In this document: one piece after another, positions 1 to 9,692 of the stretch
Position numbering within the stretch: position 1 is the first letter of the stretch
How the letters are laid out: the number at the start of each line of letters is the position of its first letter
Origin: an uncultured Hyphomicrobiales bacterium
Lineage (GTDB): Bacteria; Bacteroidota; Ignavibacteria; Kapaibacteriales; UBA2268
DNA length: 64,000 bases
Direction of reading: 5' to 3'
Assembly: GCA_964645005.1 (NCBI GenBank)
Contig: CAZXYS010000014.1
Span: 4,644 to 68,643, forward strand
The notes under the pieces: generated by a model
What the model was told of the DNA's origin: nothing
Databases searched by the model: none
The model's input: the letters and a program-made list of their open reading frames with translations, nothing else
Position numbers and translations under genes: made by a program

Positions 1-245
1 TAATAGTTGCCGAAGATCTCTTCATATTCCACCAGCTTGCCGCTCTCAATGCGCTTTTCGAACTCTTCCTTCGAGAGGAAATAATATTCCCTGCCGTCAA
101 GTTCTTTTTTACGGGGCTGGCGTGTCGTCGCGGATATTGAAAATGACAGATTCTTGTACTTGCTCAAGAGGTGGCGGGCAACGGTAGATTTGCCGCCCCC
201 GCTCGGCGATGCCAGACATAAAAGCCTTTTTTTACTTCCATCCAT
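1..245 (-). CDS. gmk: guanylate kinase; N-terminal part only, the C-terminus lies beyond the window start
   Basis: The minus-strand translation reads MDGSKKRLLCLASPSGGGKSTVARHLLSKYKNLSFSISATTRQPRKKELDGREYYFLSKEEFEKRIESGKLVEYEEIFGNY. This contains the guanylate kinase P-loop (SGGGKST) and the ISATTR.PR...G.EY.F signature. The start codon lies 4 bp downstream of the stop of the upstream gene. Confidence 0.85.
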   Translation of the reverse strand, partial: MDGSKKRLLCLASPSGGGKSTVARHLLSKYKNLSFSISATTRQPRKKELDGREYYFLSKEEFEKRIESGKLVEYEEIFGNY

Positions 246-248
246 TTA

Positions 249-2990
249 TCAGCCTCTGTTTTTTAATTCCTTCATAAAATTTGTCAGCAGTTCTTTCAAT
301 GTGCTGTCCTTTTCGTAATGCCTGTAGTACTCGAGCTCTTTTTGCCAATAATTGCTGTCTGAATTTATTATAGCTTCATATATTTTTTCTCTCAATGACG
401 TATCAAGTTCGGGAATAAATTTTCGCAGTTTTTTAGCATTGTTATAATTCGGCTCAATTCGGGGGATAAGCCTTACGAAGCAACTTTTTATGCTGTCAGG
501 ATATTCGCGGGATAGCAAATTTTTTACAAATTCCGCCTCATAAGTAACTCTTCCGCAAACTGCATTGATCGAGGCTTTTCTGACTATATAGCAGCTATCT
601 GCAATAGCGCTATCCAAAACTGCCATTGAATCCGGCAAAGCTTGTTTGAATTTGGAATGAACAGCGCAGGCTCTGACAATTCGATTCTCATCTTTCATTA
701 ATTTATTCAGTTTTATATTCAAAACTGAATCTTTATAAAACCCGGCTGCAACGGCAGAAAACATGCGCTTCTTCCAGTCTTTTGACTCAATATTTTTTAA
801 AATAGGTTTTACACCTTTTTTGATATGATTCTTTCCGGCGATATTAGCAAATAAACCGTAGGTGAAAGGATTCCCGGATTTGAGAGAATCAATGATCAGT
901 TTATTTACTGCGGAACTATCCCTGTTATAAATTTGGGAAATTATATATTCCAAAGTCTGATTTTCCGTGCATGTTTCGAGGGGTATGGCTGTTTTCAGGA
1001 ATAATACGGCGGCATGCCCTTTCGCGGCTATGTTATCGGCTGCCAGCTTTCTTCTATCCGGTCTTAGAGTATTTCTATCGGCAGCCAATTGAAATAATTC
1101 GAAAATATCTGAGGGCAAAGTGAACGTTGTATCTTCTTCACTGCCTTTTTGTGGATAATCTTCTACAACTTCCCCCCTATTTTCAGTTGATTGCCGGGTT
1201 AGATCTGTCGGCGCGATTGTAATTGCAGGTGTATAATCTTTCGAAATAGTTTCAAACACGGGATCAATACTGATTTTTTCAAAATCGAAAGTATTATTAT
1301 TTGTAGTATCCGCAAGAATTGATATTGAATACGCGCAGTTATCCGCAGTTGGCTTTAACTGCGAATACTTGTCTTTTCCGCTTTCATCGGAAAGACATCC
1401 AAAGGAATAATTTGTGCCGGTTCCCATTGAGGAAAAGTCAGCATTATACGCGTCCTTACCCTTATAATCTCGCAGGAAGCCAAGTCCTGCAAAATTGCCA
1501 AATCCCTGAGAATTTTCAAGAGAATTATAAACATCATCGCCTGAATAATCGAATACCATGCCAAGCGAATATCGCTCGGAAGCGCCCTGAGAAAGGTACT
1601 TGCCCTTGTACTCGTCATCTCCGGCAAAGTCGAGCAGGAATCCTATTCCGCCGGAAGCGATATGCTTCAATCCAACCGCAGATCCCTGATTGAAATAAGC
1701 GCTGTCACTATTTCCATTGCCACTTATTGAAGAAACGTAAAGATCATCGCCTGCAAATTCCGCGAGAACGCCTAATCCCTTGGTGAAACCAAATCCCTGA
1801 GAGAAGGAATTGGATTTGTAAATGTCAGATCCCTGATTATCAATTAAAAAGCCATAACCAAATGCCGCAGCGCCAAGACCGAAGTTATTCACTGAATATA
1901 TATCCGATCCGGCAGCATCAAACAACACACCCAATCCAAAGCTGCCAAATCCAAGCGAATAATCACCTGTAGAATAAGTGTCGTTCCCTGCGAGATCGAT
2001 AAGAAAATTGATGCCGAAAACGCCGCTGCCAAAGGCAAAATCACTGCCGCGGTAAACGTCGTCTCCTGAGAAATCCACTATACACCTTATTGGATGAGAA
2101 AGAACGTCGAACTCGTCCATCTCGGGGCAGACATAGGTATCATTGCCGCCAATGTCGATTATCAATGAGAAATTCCCTTTGTAAATATCGTCGCCTTTGC
2201 CGCCGATAGCGAGTTTTCCGTATTCAGTTTCGATTATAGCGGTTTTAGCGCTGTCTTTGTAAATATCCATCAGGTCAATAGTCTGGGCATTTAATTGACG
2301 CAGCGCCTTTAGCAGGGAAAATCCAATTGAGAAAATATCCGAAGATTCAATACTCTCAGCATGTTTGAGGAATTTTTTAAGCTTTTTCAAATCCTTTTTC
2401 TTTTTGATTTCCGGGTTTTTTGTCTCATTTTCCAAATATTCAAAAATTAACTTATAATTTCTCACGAGATAATTAAATGCCTGCGTATTTTGGACGAATG
2501 AATCCTTATCTACCGCATCAGCAGCAAGTATCAAGGACGACACATATTTATGCAGCAGATTCGAAGCTATGAAATTAGCATGTTTCTCTATCTCTACCTC
2601 TAATTTTGCTTCAACGTAATTACCCGGCAGAGATTCGCCGAATCTATAGCTGACATAATCTTTGTTTTTCAAAAGATTAAGAAGCGGCGGGATAGAAGCG
2701 TCAATCGAATTATCCGTAAATCCGGAAATAATGCCGGTCAGCTTTTCCGAAAGATCATAGCATTTTAGCGGGTCGTAAAGCAGGGAATCGATGATCGGCA
2801 GTCTGTGACTTGTATTATCATAATAATCATTTGGAAGCCAAATATCATGACGTTTCAGATCATTTTGCTCAAGAATTCTATTATAAATAAATTTGTCAGT
2901 TTCTGCTTTTTCCTGTGAATGCAGACAAACTGCGGAAAACAGCAATGTTAAAGAGCATATTATATAAATTATTATATTCATATCAAACAA
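249..2990 (-). CDS. secreted 913-aa protein with a central block of ~23-aa tandem repeats (G-x-D-x-Y ... S-x-G-F-G), flanked by HEAT/PBS-lyase-like helical repeats; function unknown
   Basis: A long ORF with an N-terminal signal peptide (MFDMNIIIYIICSLTLLFSAVCLHS). At least 10 degenerate repeats fit the pattern FxGxDxYxxxxxSxGFGxxxGLGxLxD, suggestive of a β-solenoid. The C-terminal third is helical-repeat-like. The gene abuts gmk. Confidence 0.6.
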   Translation of the reverse strand: MFDMNIIIYIICSLTLLFSAVCLHSQEKAETDKFIYNRILEQNDLKRHDIWLPNDYYDNTSHRLPIIDSLLYDPLKCYDLSEKLTGIISGFTDNSIDASIPPLLNLLKNKDYVSYRFGESLPGNYVEAKLEVEIEKHANFIASNLLHKYVSSLILAADAVDKDSFVQNTQAFNYLVRNYKLIFEYLENETKNPEIKKKKDLKKLKKFLKHAESIESSDIFSIGFSLLKALRQLNAQTIDLMDIYKDSAKTAIIETEYGKLAIGGKGDDIYKGNFSLIIDIGGNDTYVCPEMDEFDVLSHPIRCIVDFSGDDVYRGSDFAFGSGVFGINFLIDLAGNDTYSTGDYSLGFGSFGLGVLFDAAGSDIYSVNNFGLGAAAFGYGFLIDNQGSDIYKSNSFSQGFGFTKGLGVLAEFAGDDLYVSSISGNGNSDSAYFNQGSAVGLKHIASGGIGFLLDFAGDDEYKGKYLSQGASERYSLGMVFDYSGDDVYNSLENSQGFGNFAGLGFLRDYKGKDAYNADFSSMGTGTNYSFGCLSDESGKDKYSQLKPTADNCAYSISILADTTNNNTFDFEKISIDPVFETISKDYTPAITIAPTDLTRQSTENRGEVVEDYPQKGSEEDTTFTLPSDIFELFQLAADRNTLRPDRRKLAADNIAAKGHAAVLFLKTAIPLETCTENQTLEYIISQIYNRDSSAVNKLIIDSLKSGNPFTYGLFANIAGKNHIKKGVKPILKNIESKDWKKRMFSAVAAGFYKDSVLNIKLNKLMKDENRIVRACAVHSKFKQALPDSMAVLDSAIADSCYIVRKASINAVCGRVTYEAEFVKNLLSREYPDSIKSCFVRLIPRIEPNYNNAKKLRKFIPELDTSLREKIYEAIINSDSNYWQKELEYYRHYEKDSTLKELLTNFMKELKNRG
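1310..2210 (-). repeat. intragenic tandem ~69-bp (23-aa) repeat array encoding GxDxY/GFG units
   Basis: The protein translation shows periodic GSDIY / GDDVY / GNDTY / GKDAY / GDDLY / GDDEY motifs spaced ~20–25 aa apart. Coordinates are approximate. Confidence 0.5.
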
Positions 2991-3006
2991 AATTAAGCGC
3001 TAATCC

Positions 3007-4224
3007 TCACTTTTCCTTTAAAATCTGACGAATTTTCTCAATATCACCGTCGATATTCCCTGCTTCCTCAATGTCAAAGATCTCGCATAGCAAAGGGTAA
3101 ATATCAATACATCTCAATGTGCCTGTCCGAAAACCTTCTTTAAAAGCCGGACCTTCCGCAAAGAAAATCCCGTGCATATTAATCCATGAATTATCATATC
3201 CGTGAGCGCCTTTCAAAGAATAAGATTTGTTCTCGCTTCCCCTGATGAGCATCCAGCCGGGATCAGCCAGAACAAATATTTCCGAAATGAACGGATGTTT
3301 GGAATAATGCAGGCGCTGAGGGATATTTTCTTTTCTATAAACTGAGTAGTGATCGGCGCAGTTTTTCAGGGAATCCATGATTTGTTCGGAATTTCCATCC
3401 ACGGGACTGATCATGGCAAAAGCGCCGTAGTTCTGCACTTCGTAATCCACATCCTTCAAAATATAGTCCAAATCTACCTGACGAACACTATCCACTTCCG
3501 TCATTCCATGATCTGAAACAACAATAACATTGACGCTGTCCTTCATATTTATCCTGTGCAGCCCTTTGAAAACCTCGCCGACCAGACTGTCTGCGAGAGC
3601 TATTGACGAATCGATTCTCGGGGAATCCGGTCCGTACTGATGACCGCGGGAATCGGTCTCATGAAAATACAGCGTCATGAAATGGGGGCGTTTGTGATAA
3701 GGCAGTTGCAGCCAGTCAAGAACGCCGTTGATCCTATCCATGTAAGGTCTTTCTTCATCATATTTTTCATAATAATCAGGACGGCGGTGTTTTGCCGTAA
3801 GCTCCGAGCCGGGCCAGAAATATGAAGCGGACATAATACCATTGCGTTTAGCTGTAGTCCAGAAAAACTCGCCTAAATACCACTCGGGATTTTGCACCTC
3901 TTTGGAATCTTTGAGAGTATATTCGGTGCCGGTGTATGGATTTTTGAAAGAATTGGCGATAATGCCGTGATTTTCAGGATACATGCCTGTAGCGATCGAG
4001 ACGTGATTGGGAAATGTCGCACTGGGGAAAACCGGCTGCAGGGACAGCGCCGAGGCGCCCTGCTGCATCATCTTTTCCAGATTGGGTGTCAATCTGCGAT
4101 TTGCATAATCATATCGAAATCCGTCCAGCGAGACCAATAATACATACGGCTGCCCGCAGAATATTTCCGCAGGCAGGAACAAAAGGAAAACCAATAGGAC
4201 CGCTTTTTTGAGAAGAGCTTTCAT
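3007..4224 (-). CDS. ectonucleotide pyrophosphatase/phosphodiesterase (type I phosphodiesterase, alkaline-phosphatase superfamily), secreted
   Basis: Signal peptide present. It carries LLVSLDGFRYDY...VFPSATFPNHVSIATGMYPENHGII...VVSDHGM, the canonical ENPP/AP-superfamily metal-binding motifs. Confidence 0.85.
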   Translation of the reverse strand: MKALLKKAVLLVFLLFLPAEIFCGQPYVLLVSLDGFRYDYANRRLTPNLEKMMQQGASALSLQPVFPSATFPNHVSIATGMYPENHGIIANSFKNPYTGTEYTLKDSKEVQNPEWYLGEFFWTTAKRNGIMSASYFWPGSELTAKHRRPDYYEKYDEERPYMDRINGVLDWLQLPYHKRPHFMTLYFHETDSRGHQYGPDSPRIDSSIALADSLVGEVFKGLHRINMKDSVNVIVVSDHGMTEVDSVRQVDLDYILKDVDYEVQNYGAFAMISPVDGNSEQIMDSLKNCADHYSVYRKENIPQRLHYSKHPFISEIFVLADPGWMLIRGSENKSYSLKGAHGYDNSWINMHGIFFAEGPAFKEGFRTGTLRCIDIYPLLCEIFDIEEAGNIDGDIEKIRQILKEK

Positions 4225-4227
4225 TTT

Positions 4228-6147
4228 TTACCTGTTTTTATTTAAAATTTCAATTATTTCCTGTGGAAGATCGCCGCCTTTTTGCGCAAGCTCGACAGCA
4301 TAAAGCCGCCCCTGCTTGAAATCACCCTGCCTGATGTTAATGCCGATCAACTGCCGGTAGCCGCGCAGGTGATCAGGCTTGATCCCGACAGCTTTTTTGA
4401 GACTTTTTTCGGCTTTTTCAAGGTCATTTTTCTGCATATAAAATGTTCCTAAAATATTATATGCATGGAAATTCGTAGTGTCAATAGCAAGGATCTTGTT
4501 GCAGGCTTCTATGCCTTTGTCGAATTTTTCCTGCTTGGCGTAAACTCCTGTCAGGACTATGTATGTATCAATATTATCCGGCTTTATTTCGGCATGTTTT
4601 TCAAGATGTTTTTGCGCCTCCTTGTAATATTTTTGATCGTAGAGCATTTTTCCAAGGAAATATCGGTATTCAGGTTTGTCGGGATCAAGTTCAATAGCTT
4701 TCTCAGCCATATCTATAGCTTTGTCATATTCTTTTAGTTTTTTATAGACAACTGCCAGATTATTATAAAAATCGGGATCGTGATTGACAGTCAATTCTAC
4801 GGCTTTTCCCCAGTATTCCTTAGCTTCTCTGTAGCTGTTGCGGTCGTAATAGACTTTGCCGAGGACGGAATAGAAATTTGCTCTGCCGGGTGCGTCTTCT
4901 ATCGCAGCTTTCCAAAAAGTCTCGGCATCCTTGTATTCACGGCTGTAAGCGAGGGTAATTATTGAAAACAGGGTTATAAGCGCTATCAGGATATTTCTCG
5001 CTGAGGTAGAAATATTCTTCCTATCGCCCTGAAGAAAGCCAAGAAGCATCATAAGCATTCCAAACATCGGCAGGTAGAGCCTGTGCTCGAGATAATCGAA
5101 GAAGTCCGTCGCTATGTGCATCCGAGCAAAGAATCCCGGCAGCAGAAACACAAGAAACCATATAGCGCCGAATATAACCATCTTATTATTCGATTTAACT
5201 AAAAATGGAATGACAATCAGAAGCAAGATCAATACTATCCCCGCTGCCGTGTGCATAGTGTGAGTGACGGCAAGCCCGGACATATTTATCGGCAGGATGA
5301 TCTTCCCCAGCATATCCGGGAAAGCGGATATATTGGCGAAGAATGCCTCGAAGCCGGTTATATCGCGTGTCTGGGTGTTTGCGAGGGCGTTTTCCCTCAG
5401 CAAAAACCAGACTATCCCTATTGCAAGCCACCCTGCGAATATTATGAAATTGTCAATTTTGAATATTTTATCTTTTTTTATCAACGCTGCATATAAAACT
5501 ATCATCAGGGGCAAAAGAGCAGCAGTCTCTTTTGTGAAAATTGCAAGAGCGAACAGAGATAAATGCAGAATTATGTATTGAATCTTTTTTGTATCAAAAT
5601 AATTGATTATGCTGATGAATGACAGCAGTGTGAAGATTGCAAGCAGGGAATCATTCCTGCCGGGGATCCATGCCACTGCCTCAGTCAGTACAGGATGCAC
5701 CGTAAATACGAAAGAGAGAAGCACCGCCGGCGTCCGCCGGAACTTAAATTTGAGCAATGTCATAAAAACAAGAACCGAAGCAATAATATGTAAGATAACA
5801 TTTGTGAAATGGTACATTCCGGGGGATTTGCCACTGATTTGGGAATCGAATATCCAGGAAATTTTTAGAACCGGACGGTAAAGATTGCCGAAGGCATCAG
5901 TGAAAGCCTCGGGAATCTTTGACAGGCTCTCGATTTGCTCGTGCTGCTGAACTATTATCTTGTGATCGTCGAAATGCACAAAATCGAAAGTTAGAGCCTG
6001 CAAATAGATAACGAAAGCAAGAAAAACAATCAGAAAATAAGGCTGCCAGCGCCCGCCGAGGAATTCATCAACAGCCGATCGTCTCTGCGGTTCGGCAGTT
6101 TTCTTCTGTTTGCTCGATTTATTTACCTTCTTTTTTTTCTTACTCAT
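4228..6147 (-). CDS. polytopic membrane protein with C-terminal TPR repeats (TMTC/PMT-like glycosyltransferase-family architecture)
   Basis: 639 aa with a Lys-rich N-terminus and ~10 predicted TM helices (FDFVHFDDHKII-type N-terminal region typical of bacterial TMTC-like proteins). The C-terminal ~220 aa contain repeated TPR-like Y/A/L patterns (YYDRNSYREAKEYWGKAVEL...). Confidence 0.65.
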   Translation of the reverse strand: MSKKKKKVNKSSKQKKTAEPQRRSAVDEFLGGRWQPYFLIVFLAFVIYLQALTFDFVHFDDHKIIVQQHEQIESLSKIPEAFTDAFGNLYRPVLKISWIFDSQISGKSPGMYHFTNVILHIIASVLVFMTLLKFKFRRTPAVLLSFVFTVHPVLTEAVAWIPGRNDSLLAIFTLLSFISIINYFDTKKIQYIILHLSLFALAIFTKETAALLPLMIVLYAALIKKDKIFKIDNFIIFAGWLAIGIVWFLLRENALANTQTRDITGFEAFFANISAFPDMLGKIILPINMSGLAVTHTMHTAAGIVLILLLIVIPFLVKSNNKMVIFGAIWFLVFLLPGFFARMHIATDFFDYLEHRLYLPMFGMLMMLLGFLQGDRKNISTSARNILIALITLFSIITLAYSREYKDAETFWKAAIEDAPGRANFYSVLGKVYYDRNSYREAKEYWGKAVELTVNHDPDFYNNLAVVYKKLKEYDKAIDMAEKAIELDPDKPEYRYFLGKMLYDQKYYKEAQKHLEKHAEIKPDNIDTYIVLTGVYAKQEKFDKGIEACNKILAIDTTNFHAYNILGTFYMQKNDLEKAEKSLKKAVGIKPDHLRGYRQLIGINIRQGDFKQGRLYAVELAQKGGDLPQEIIEILNKNR

Positions 6148-6289
6148 ACAAATTCAGAGAATGTGCTGAAATTAATTAGCGAAAATAATCAATTTCGATA
6201 GAATTAGCATAAGAGAAAAAAGCAAGAAAATTGTTAGGATAATTTTACTTTTTCGGAATGATAGAATTAATAATGGGATATAATCCCGG

Positions 6290-6440
6290 ATTTTTCATTG
6301 AACATAAACAATCTCTTATTCCCCTTCATCCCCAGCCCTTCTCTCCCGGCGGGATAAGGGGGAAAGAAATTATTTTTACACTGAAAGTCCCTTCTCCACT
6401 TGGGAGAAGGGATTTAGGGATGTGGGAATTCTTCTAATGA
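6290..6440. repeat. G/C-rich palindromic intergenic repeat elements (REP-like)
   Basis: It contains the hairpins cccttctcc-acttg-ggagaaggg and ctcccggcgggat, followed by gggatgtggg. The same hairpin + G-run architecture recurs near 12.7 kb, 26.25 kb and 9.6 kb. Confidence 0.5.
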
Positions 6441-6479
6441 ATTTCCCGGGATGAATAATTAGGCGCTGTTTCAACTGTT

Positions 6480-7121
6480 CTATTCATCGAACATGGAATA
6501 CTGTCTGGCAAAGTATTTCCTCAGAAATGTTTTTCTATGCAATGGACAGGGACCGAGTTTATCGATCATGTCGAAATGTTTTTTAGTTCCATAGCCTTTG
6601 TTGTTTTTGAAATCGTATTCGGGATGTTTGGTTGCAGCGTGTTCAACCATCCATCTGTCACGGGTAACTTTGGCAATTATGGATGCTGCCGCAATCGAAA
6701 GGCATGATGCATCACCGTCTATAATAGTTTCATACGGAATACCCATGTCCAAAAAGCTGCTGCCATCTATAAAAATTTTCCCGGGCTGGGGATCAAGCGC
6801 TTCAATAGCCTTATGCATAGCTTTATAAGCTGCCTGAAGGATATTTATCTCATCTATCTGTTCGTTGTCAATAATGCCAACACCGATCGAAACGGAATTG
6901 TCTCTTATATAATGATAGATCACTTCCCGTCTTGCAGGGGAGAGGACCTTGGAATCCGCTATCCCGGATTGTGAGAGATCCGTATCTTTTAATATCACTG
7001 CTGCAGCTACAACCGGACCGGCAATACAGCCGCGTCCGGCTTCATCTACACCGGCTATAAGTGTATTTCTTTCTTTGTAATATTTCTCTAATTTATTATT
7101 CGGAAAATTGTTTGCTGTCAA
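6480..7121 (-). CDS. rnhB: ribonuclease HII
   Basis: The AGVDEAGRGCIAGPVVAAAVIL active-site region (DEAGRG) and its overall length are typical of RNase HII. Confidence 0.9.
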   Translation of the reverse strand: MTANNFPNNKLEKYYKERNTLIAGVDEAGRGCIAGPVVAAAVILKDTDLSQSGIADSKVLSPARREVIYHYIRDNSVSIGVGIIDNEQIDEINILQAAYKAMHKAIEALDPQPGKIFIDGSSFLDMGIPYETIIDGDASCLSIAAASIIAKVTRDRWMVEHAATKHPEYDFKNNKGYGTKKHFDMIDKLGPCPLHRKTFLRKYFARQYSMFDE

Positions 7122-7143
7122 GTTTTATCCGATATTTGTGAAA

Positions 7144-7899
7144 TTACTCTTCTATTAATTTAAGGAATTCATTTCTCAAATTAAAATCATCCAATAGCAA
7201 TCCACGCATAACTGAGGTGACCATGAAAGATTCTTCCTCCGAACCTTTAACTCCGCGTGCAATCATACAATAATGGCGGGCTTTGATAACTACACCTAAA
7301 GCCCTCGGCTTCAGCAGGTTTTCAAGGTAATCAGCAATTTGTTCCCCCAATTCTTCCTGTATCTGCCCACGACGGGAGAACCAGTCTACTATCCTGGACA
7401 TTTTGGACAATCCTATAACATAATCCCCCGGAATATATCCAATAGCGCACCGTCCTGAGATAGTGCTCCAGTGATGCGAGCAAACCGACATTATCTCAAT
7501 CCCCCTGCTGATAATTAGCTCATCAACATTGTGCCGATTCGGAAATACCGTAAGCTTTGGAGCTTTCTCGAATCTACCTCTGAAAAGTTCATTAACATAC
7601 ATTTTTGCTAAACGGCGGGGAGTATGCGTAGAATTTGGATCATTCTTTGATATTCTGAGTATATCAAGCACTTCACTGAATTTTTTTTCAAGAAGTTCAA
7701 CTATCTCTTCTTTTTCCTGCTCGTTCAGAGCCTGATTTCCATTGGCATCAAATACCTTGTAACCGAGATAATTAGTATCCGGATATTTCTCCGTCTCAAC
7801 ATCGTTGAATTCATTTTCCATCTCATCATCATCCAAATCGTATGTACCTTTAAGATTGGATCTCTGAGGATTTATGTCTTGAGCTCTTTCCTTGTCCAT
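7144..7899 (-). CDS. folE: GTP cyclohydrolase I with an acidic ~60-aa N-terminal extension
   Basis: The zinc-ligand motifs C-S-H-H-W (the CEHH equivalent) and HYCMIARGV are present. The N-terminal region LAKMYVNELFRG matches the FolE helix. The start overlaps the queD stop by 1 nt. Confidence 0.88.
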   Translation of the reverse strand: MDKERAQDINPQRSNLKGTYDLDDDEMENEFNDVETEKYPDTNYLGYKVFDANGNQALNEQEKEEIVELLEKKFSEVLDILRISKNDPNSTHTPRRLAKMYVNELFRGRFEKAPKLTVFPNRHNVDELIISRGIEIMSVCSHHWSTISGRCAIGYIPGDYVIGLSKMSRIVDWFSRRGQIQEELGEQIADYLENLLKPRALGVVIKARHYCMIARGVKGSEEESFMVTSVMRGLLLDDFNLRNEFLKLIEE

Positions 7900-8360
7900 T
7901 AGTTACTTCCCTCATTTTGTTGAAAATTCTTGATTTCGACCGGTTCACCGTAATAGTCCACCCAGCTTGATTCAGTCTCAAATATTCTAATATGATGTAG
8001 CTCCGCTCCGTCCAGCTTTTGCTCGAGTATTTCCCAGAACTTGACTGCCAGATGCTCAACTGTAGGAATTATACCCTGCATGAATTCAACATCAAAATTC
8101 AGGTTTTTATGATCTACCTTTTTGATAATCTCTTCATTCATGATCTTCTTTAATTTCTTAAGGTCCATTACATAACCCGTATTAATATCCGGCTTACCCT
8201 TAACTGTTACCTGAAGCACATAATTATGACCATGACCATTTGGGTTATTACATTTGTCGAATATTTCCTCATTTTTCTCAAAGGAAAATTCCGGATTATA
8301 TAGCCTGTGTGATGCTGAAAAAGTCATTCGCTTTGTTAAATAAAGCATGTTTATTTCCAT
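7899..8360 (-). CDS. queD: 6-carboxy-5,6,7,8-tetrahydropterin synthase (QueD / PTPS family)
   Basis: 153 aa with the C-x(3)-H-G-H motif (CNNPNGHGHNY) and TFSASHRL near the N-terminus. It is co-oriented with folE and overlaps it. Confidence 0.85.
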   Translation of the reverse strand: MEINMLYLTKRMTFSASHRLYNPEFSFEKNEEIFDKCNNPNGHGHNYVLQVTVKGKPDINTGYVMDLKKLKKIMNEEIIKKVDHKNLNFDVEFMQGIIPTVEHLAVKFWEILEQKLDGAELHHIRIFETESSWVDYYGEPVEIKNFQQNEGSN

Positions 8361-8500
8361 GATTTGTATATAAATTGATTACTTACAAACCGGATTAAAA
8401 TTATCCGATTTCTCAATATTCGTTTATCTTTGACGTGTTTTTACTTTTAATATTTCGTATATTGTTTAATCGAAATTGTTGTTATAAATATATTTAATTT

Positions 8501-9265
8501 ATGAAAAAAATAAAATTATCATTTGCTTTCATTTTTATCCTGACCCTCGTTTTTGCAGGGTGTTCTACAGTTAAAGAATCAACTGAATTGCAATCACTAT
8601 CAAAACTGCCTGATAGAAAGACCGACCTGAAAACACTCCGATTCAAAGCCAGTTTATCGGTTGATTTCCCTCAGATGAATCAAAACGTAGTTTCCGACGT
8701 AATGCTTTCAGGGGCTGACTCCGCGAAGATAGATCTGACAGGTCCATTTGCGGTTCCTGTAGGGAAATTCTATTCTAACCATAATAAATTTTACTTTTAC
8801 AATACTATGCAAAATGTAATAATAGAAGGTGAACCCACCAGCAGCAATCTGCAACAAACCACGATGATACCTCTATCCTTTTCCGATTTCGCACGGCTTA
8901 TGCGTGTGGAAACACCGGGCGATCCGTCAAAATTCCATCCTGTTGAGAGATATCCCGACAAGAAAAACATCCTTTTCAGAAATAATGAGTATAGCGACAT
9001 AATTGAATACGCTGTTTATTCATTAGAGCAAAATAATATCGTGCAATATCAAAGAAAAGACAGTCAGGGCAACCTGATACTTAACTGCTATTACCGCGGC
9101 TTCAAAAAGCAAGATGGTTTCAGCATGCCCGAAAGGATCATCCTTAATTTCGAACAGATTGAAGGAAAAATAGAGATAAATGTTAAAAGTTTCGGTGTTA
9201 ATGATTTCAATCCAAAAGAAATAGCACCTATACTACCCGATGGCGTAAGAAGGGTCAAAATGTAA
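8501..9265 (+). CDS. hypothetical lipoprotein
   Basis: It has a lipoprotein signal peptide with lipobox LVFAGC|S. At 254 aa it has the size and composition of LolB-like/DUF4292-type outer-membrane lipoproteins, but the family is not confirmed. Confidence 0.55.
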   Translation: MKKIKLSFAFIFILTLVFAGCSTVKESTELQSLSKLPDRKTDLKTLRFKASLSVDFPQMNQNVVSDVMLSGADSAKIDLTGPFAVPVGKFYSNHNKFYFYNTMQNVIIEGEPTSSNLQQTTMIPLSFSDFARLMRVETPGDPSKFHPVERYPDKKNILFRNNEYSDIIEYAVYSLEQNNIVQYQRKDSQGNLILNCYYRGFKKQDGFSMPERIILNFEQIEGKIEINVKSFGVNDFNPKEIAPILPDGVRRVKM

Positions 9266-9532
9266 CAAAATGACATAAAATAAACTTTCAAATCATTTAT
9301 TAATAATCATGCTATTCATCACACTCATTCATCTTGTACTTAGCCTGTAAACGTACATTCCTGAAGGAACATCATTTAAATCCATATTTTTCATTAGAAC
9401 TCTTCAGTACTACTAACAAATTACAATTCATCATTTTAGAAGAACCGCCCCGTAAAGCCTTCGGCTTCATTGAGGCTGACTCATAAGCACTAAATTTTGT
9501 GTAACATTCTTTTTAGCTCAGTGAGGAAACCA

Positions 9533-9692
9533 GTATTCATCAGATTCCTGCCCTGCTAAAGCAGGATCTAAAGACATTCGCAGGAATGACTTTTCTATAC
9601 TTTTGGGTCAGCCTCATACAGGGGTGGTTAATTTCTTAGGGTTAAATTGTTTATGCTAATGAAAGAATAATCTGATGAAATATCCGGGTTTA
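9533..9692 (+). repeat. composite intergenic repeat (REP/MITE-like); modules shared with 52800-52907 (inverted) and 26298-26375
   Basis: attcatcagattcctgccctgctaaagcaggatctaaagacattcgcaggaatgac...cagcctcatacaggggtggtt aligns at ~85–90% over ~105 bp with the reverse complement of 52800-52907. The following ggtggtt...aatgaaa...tgaaatatccgggtt module matches 26298-26375. Confidence 0.7.

Noticed and set aside
1319-1693. Small ORFs on both strands within the 249-2990 gene, and similar small ORFs inside the other large genes (e.g. 43335..43616, 44796..45395, 51809..52327)
   Set aside because: They are fully nested in or antisense to long, motif-supported genes. They are typical six-frame noise.
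8361-8500. Looked for a preQ1 riboswitch upstream of queD
   Set aside because: No CCCTCTATAAAAAACTAA-like preQ1-I core or obvious pseudoknot-forming segment. The region is simply AT-rich promoter sequence.
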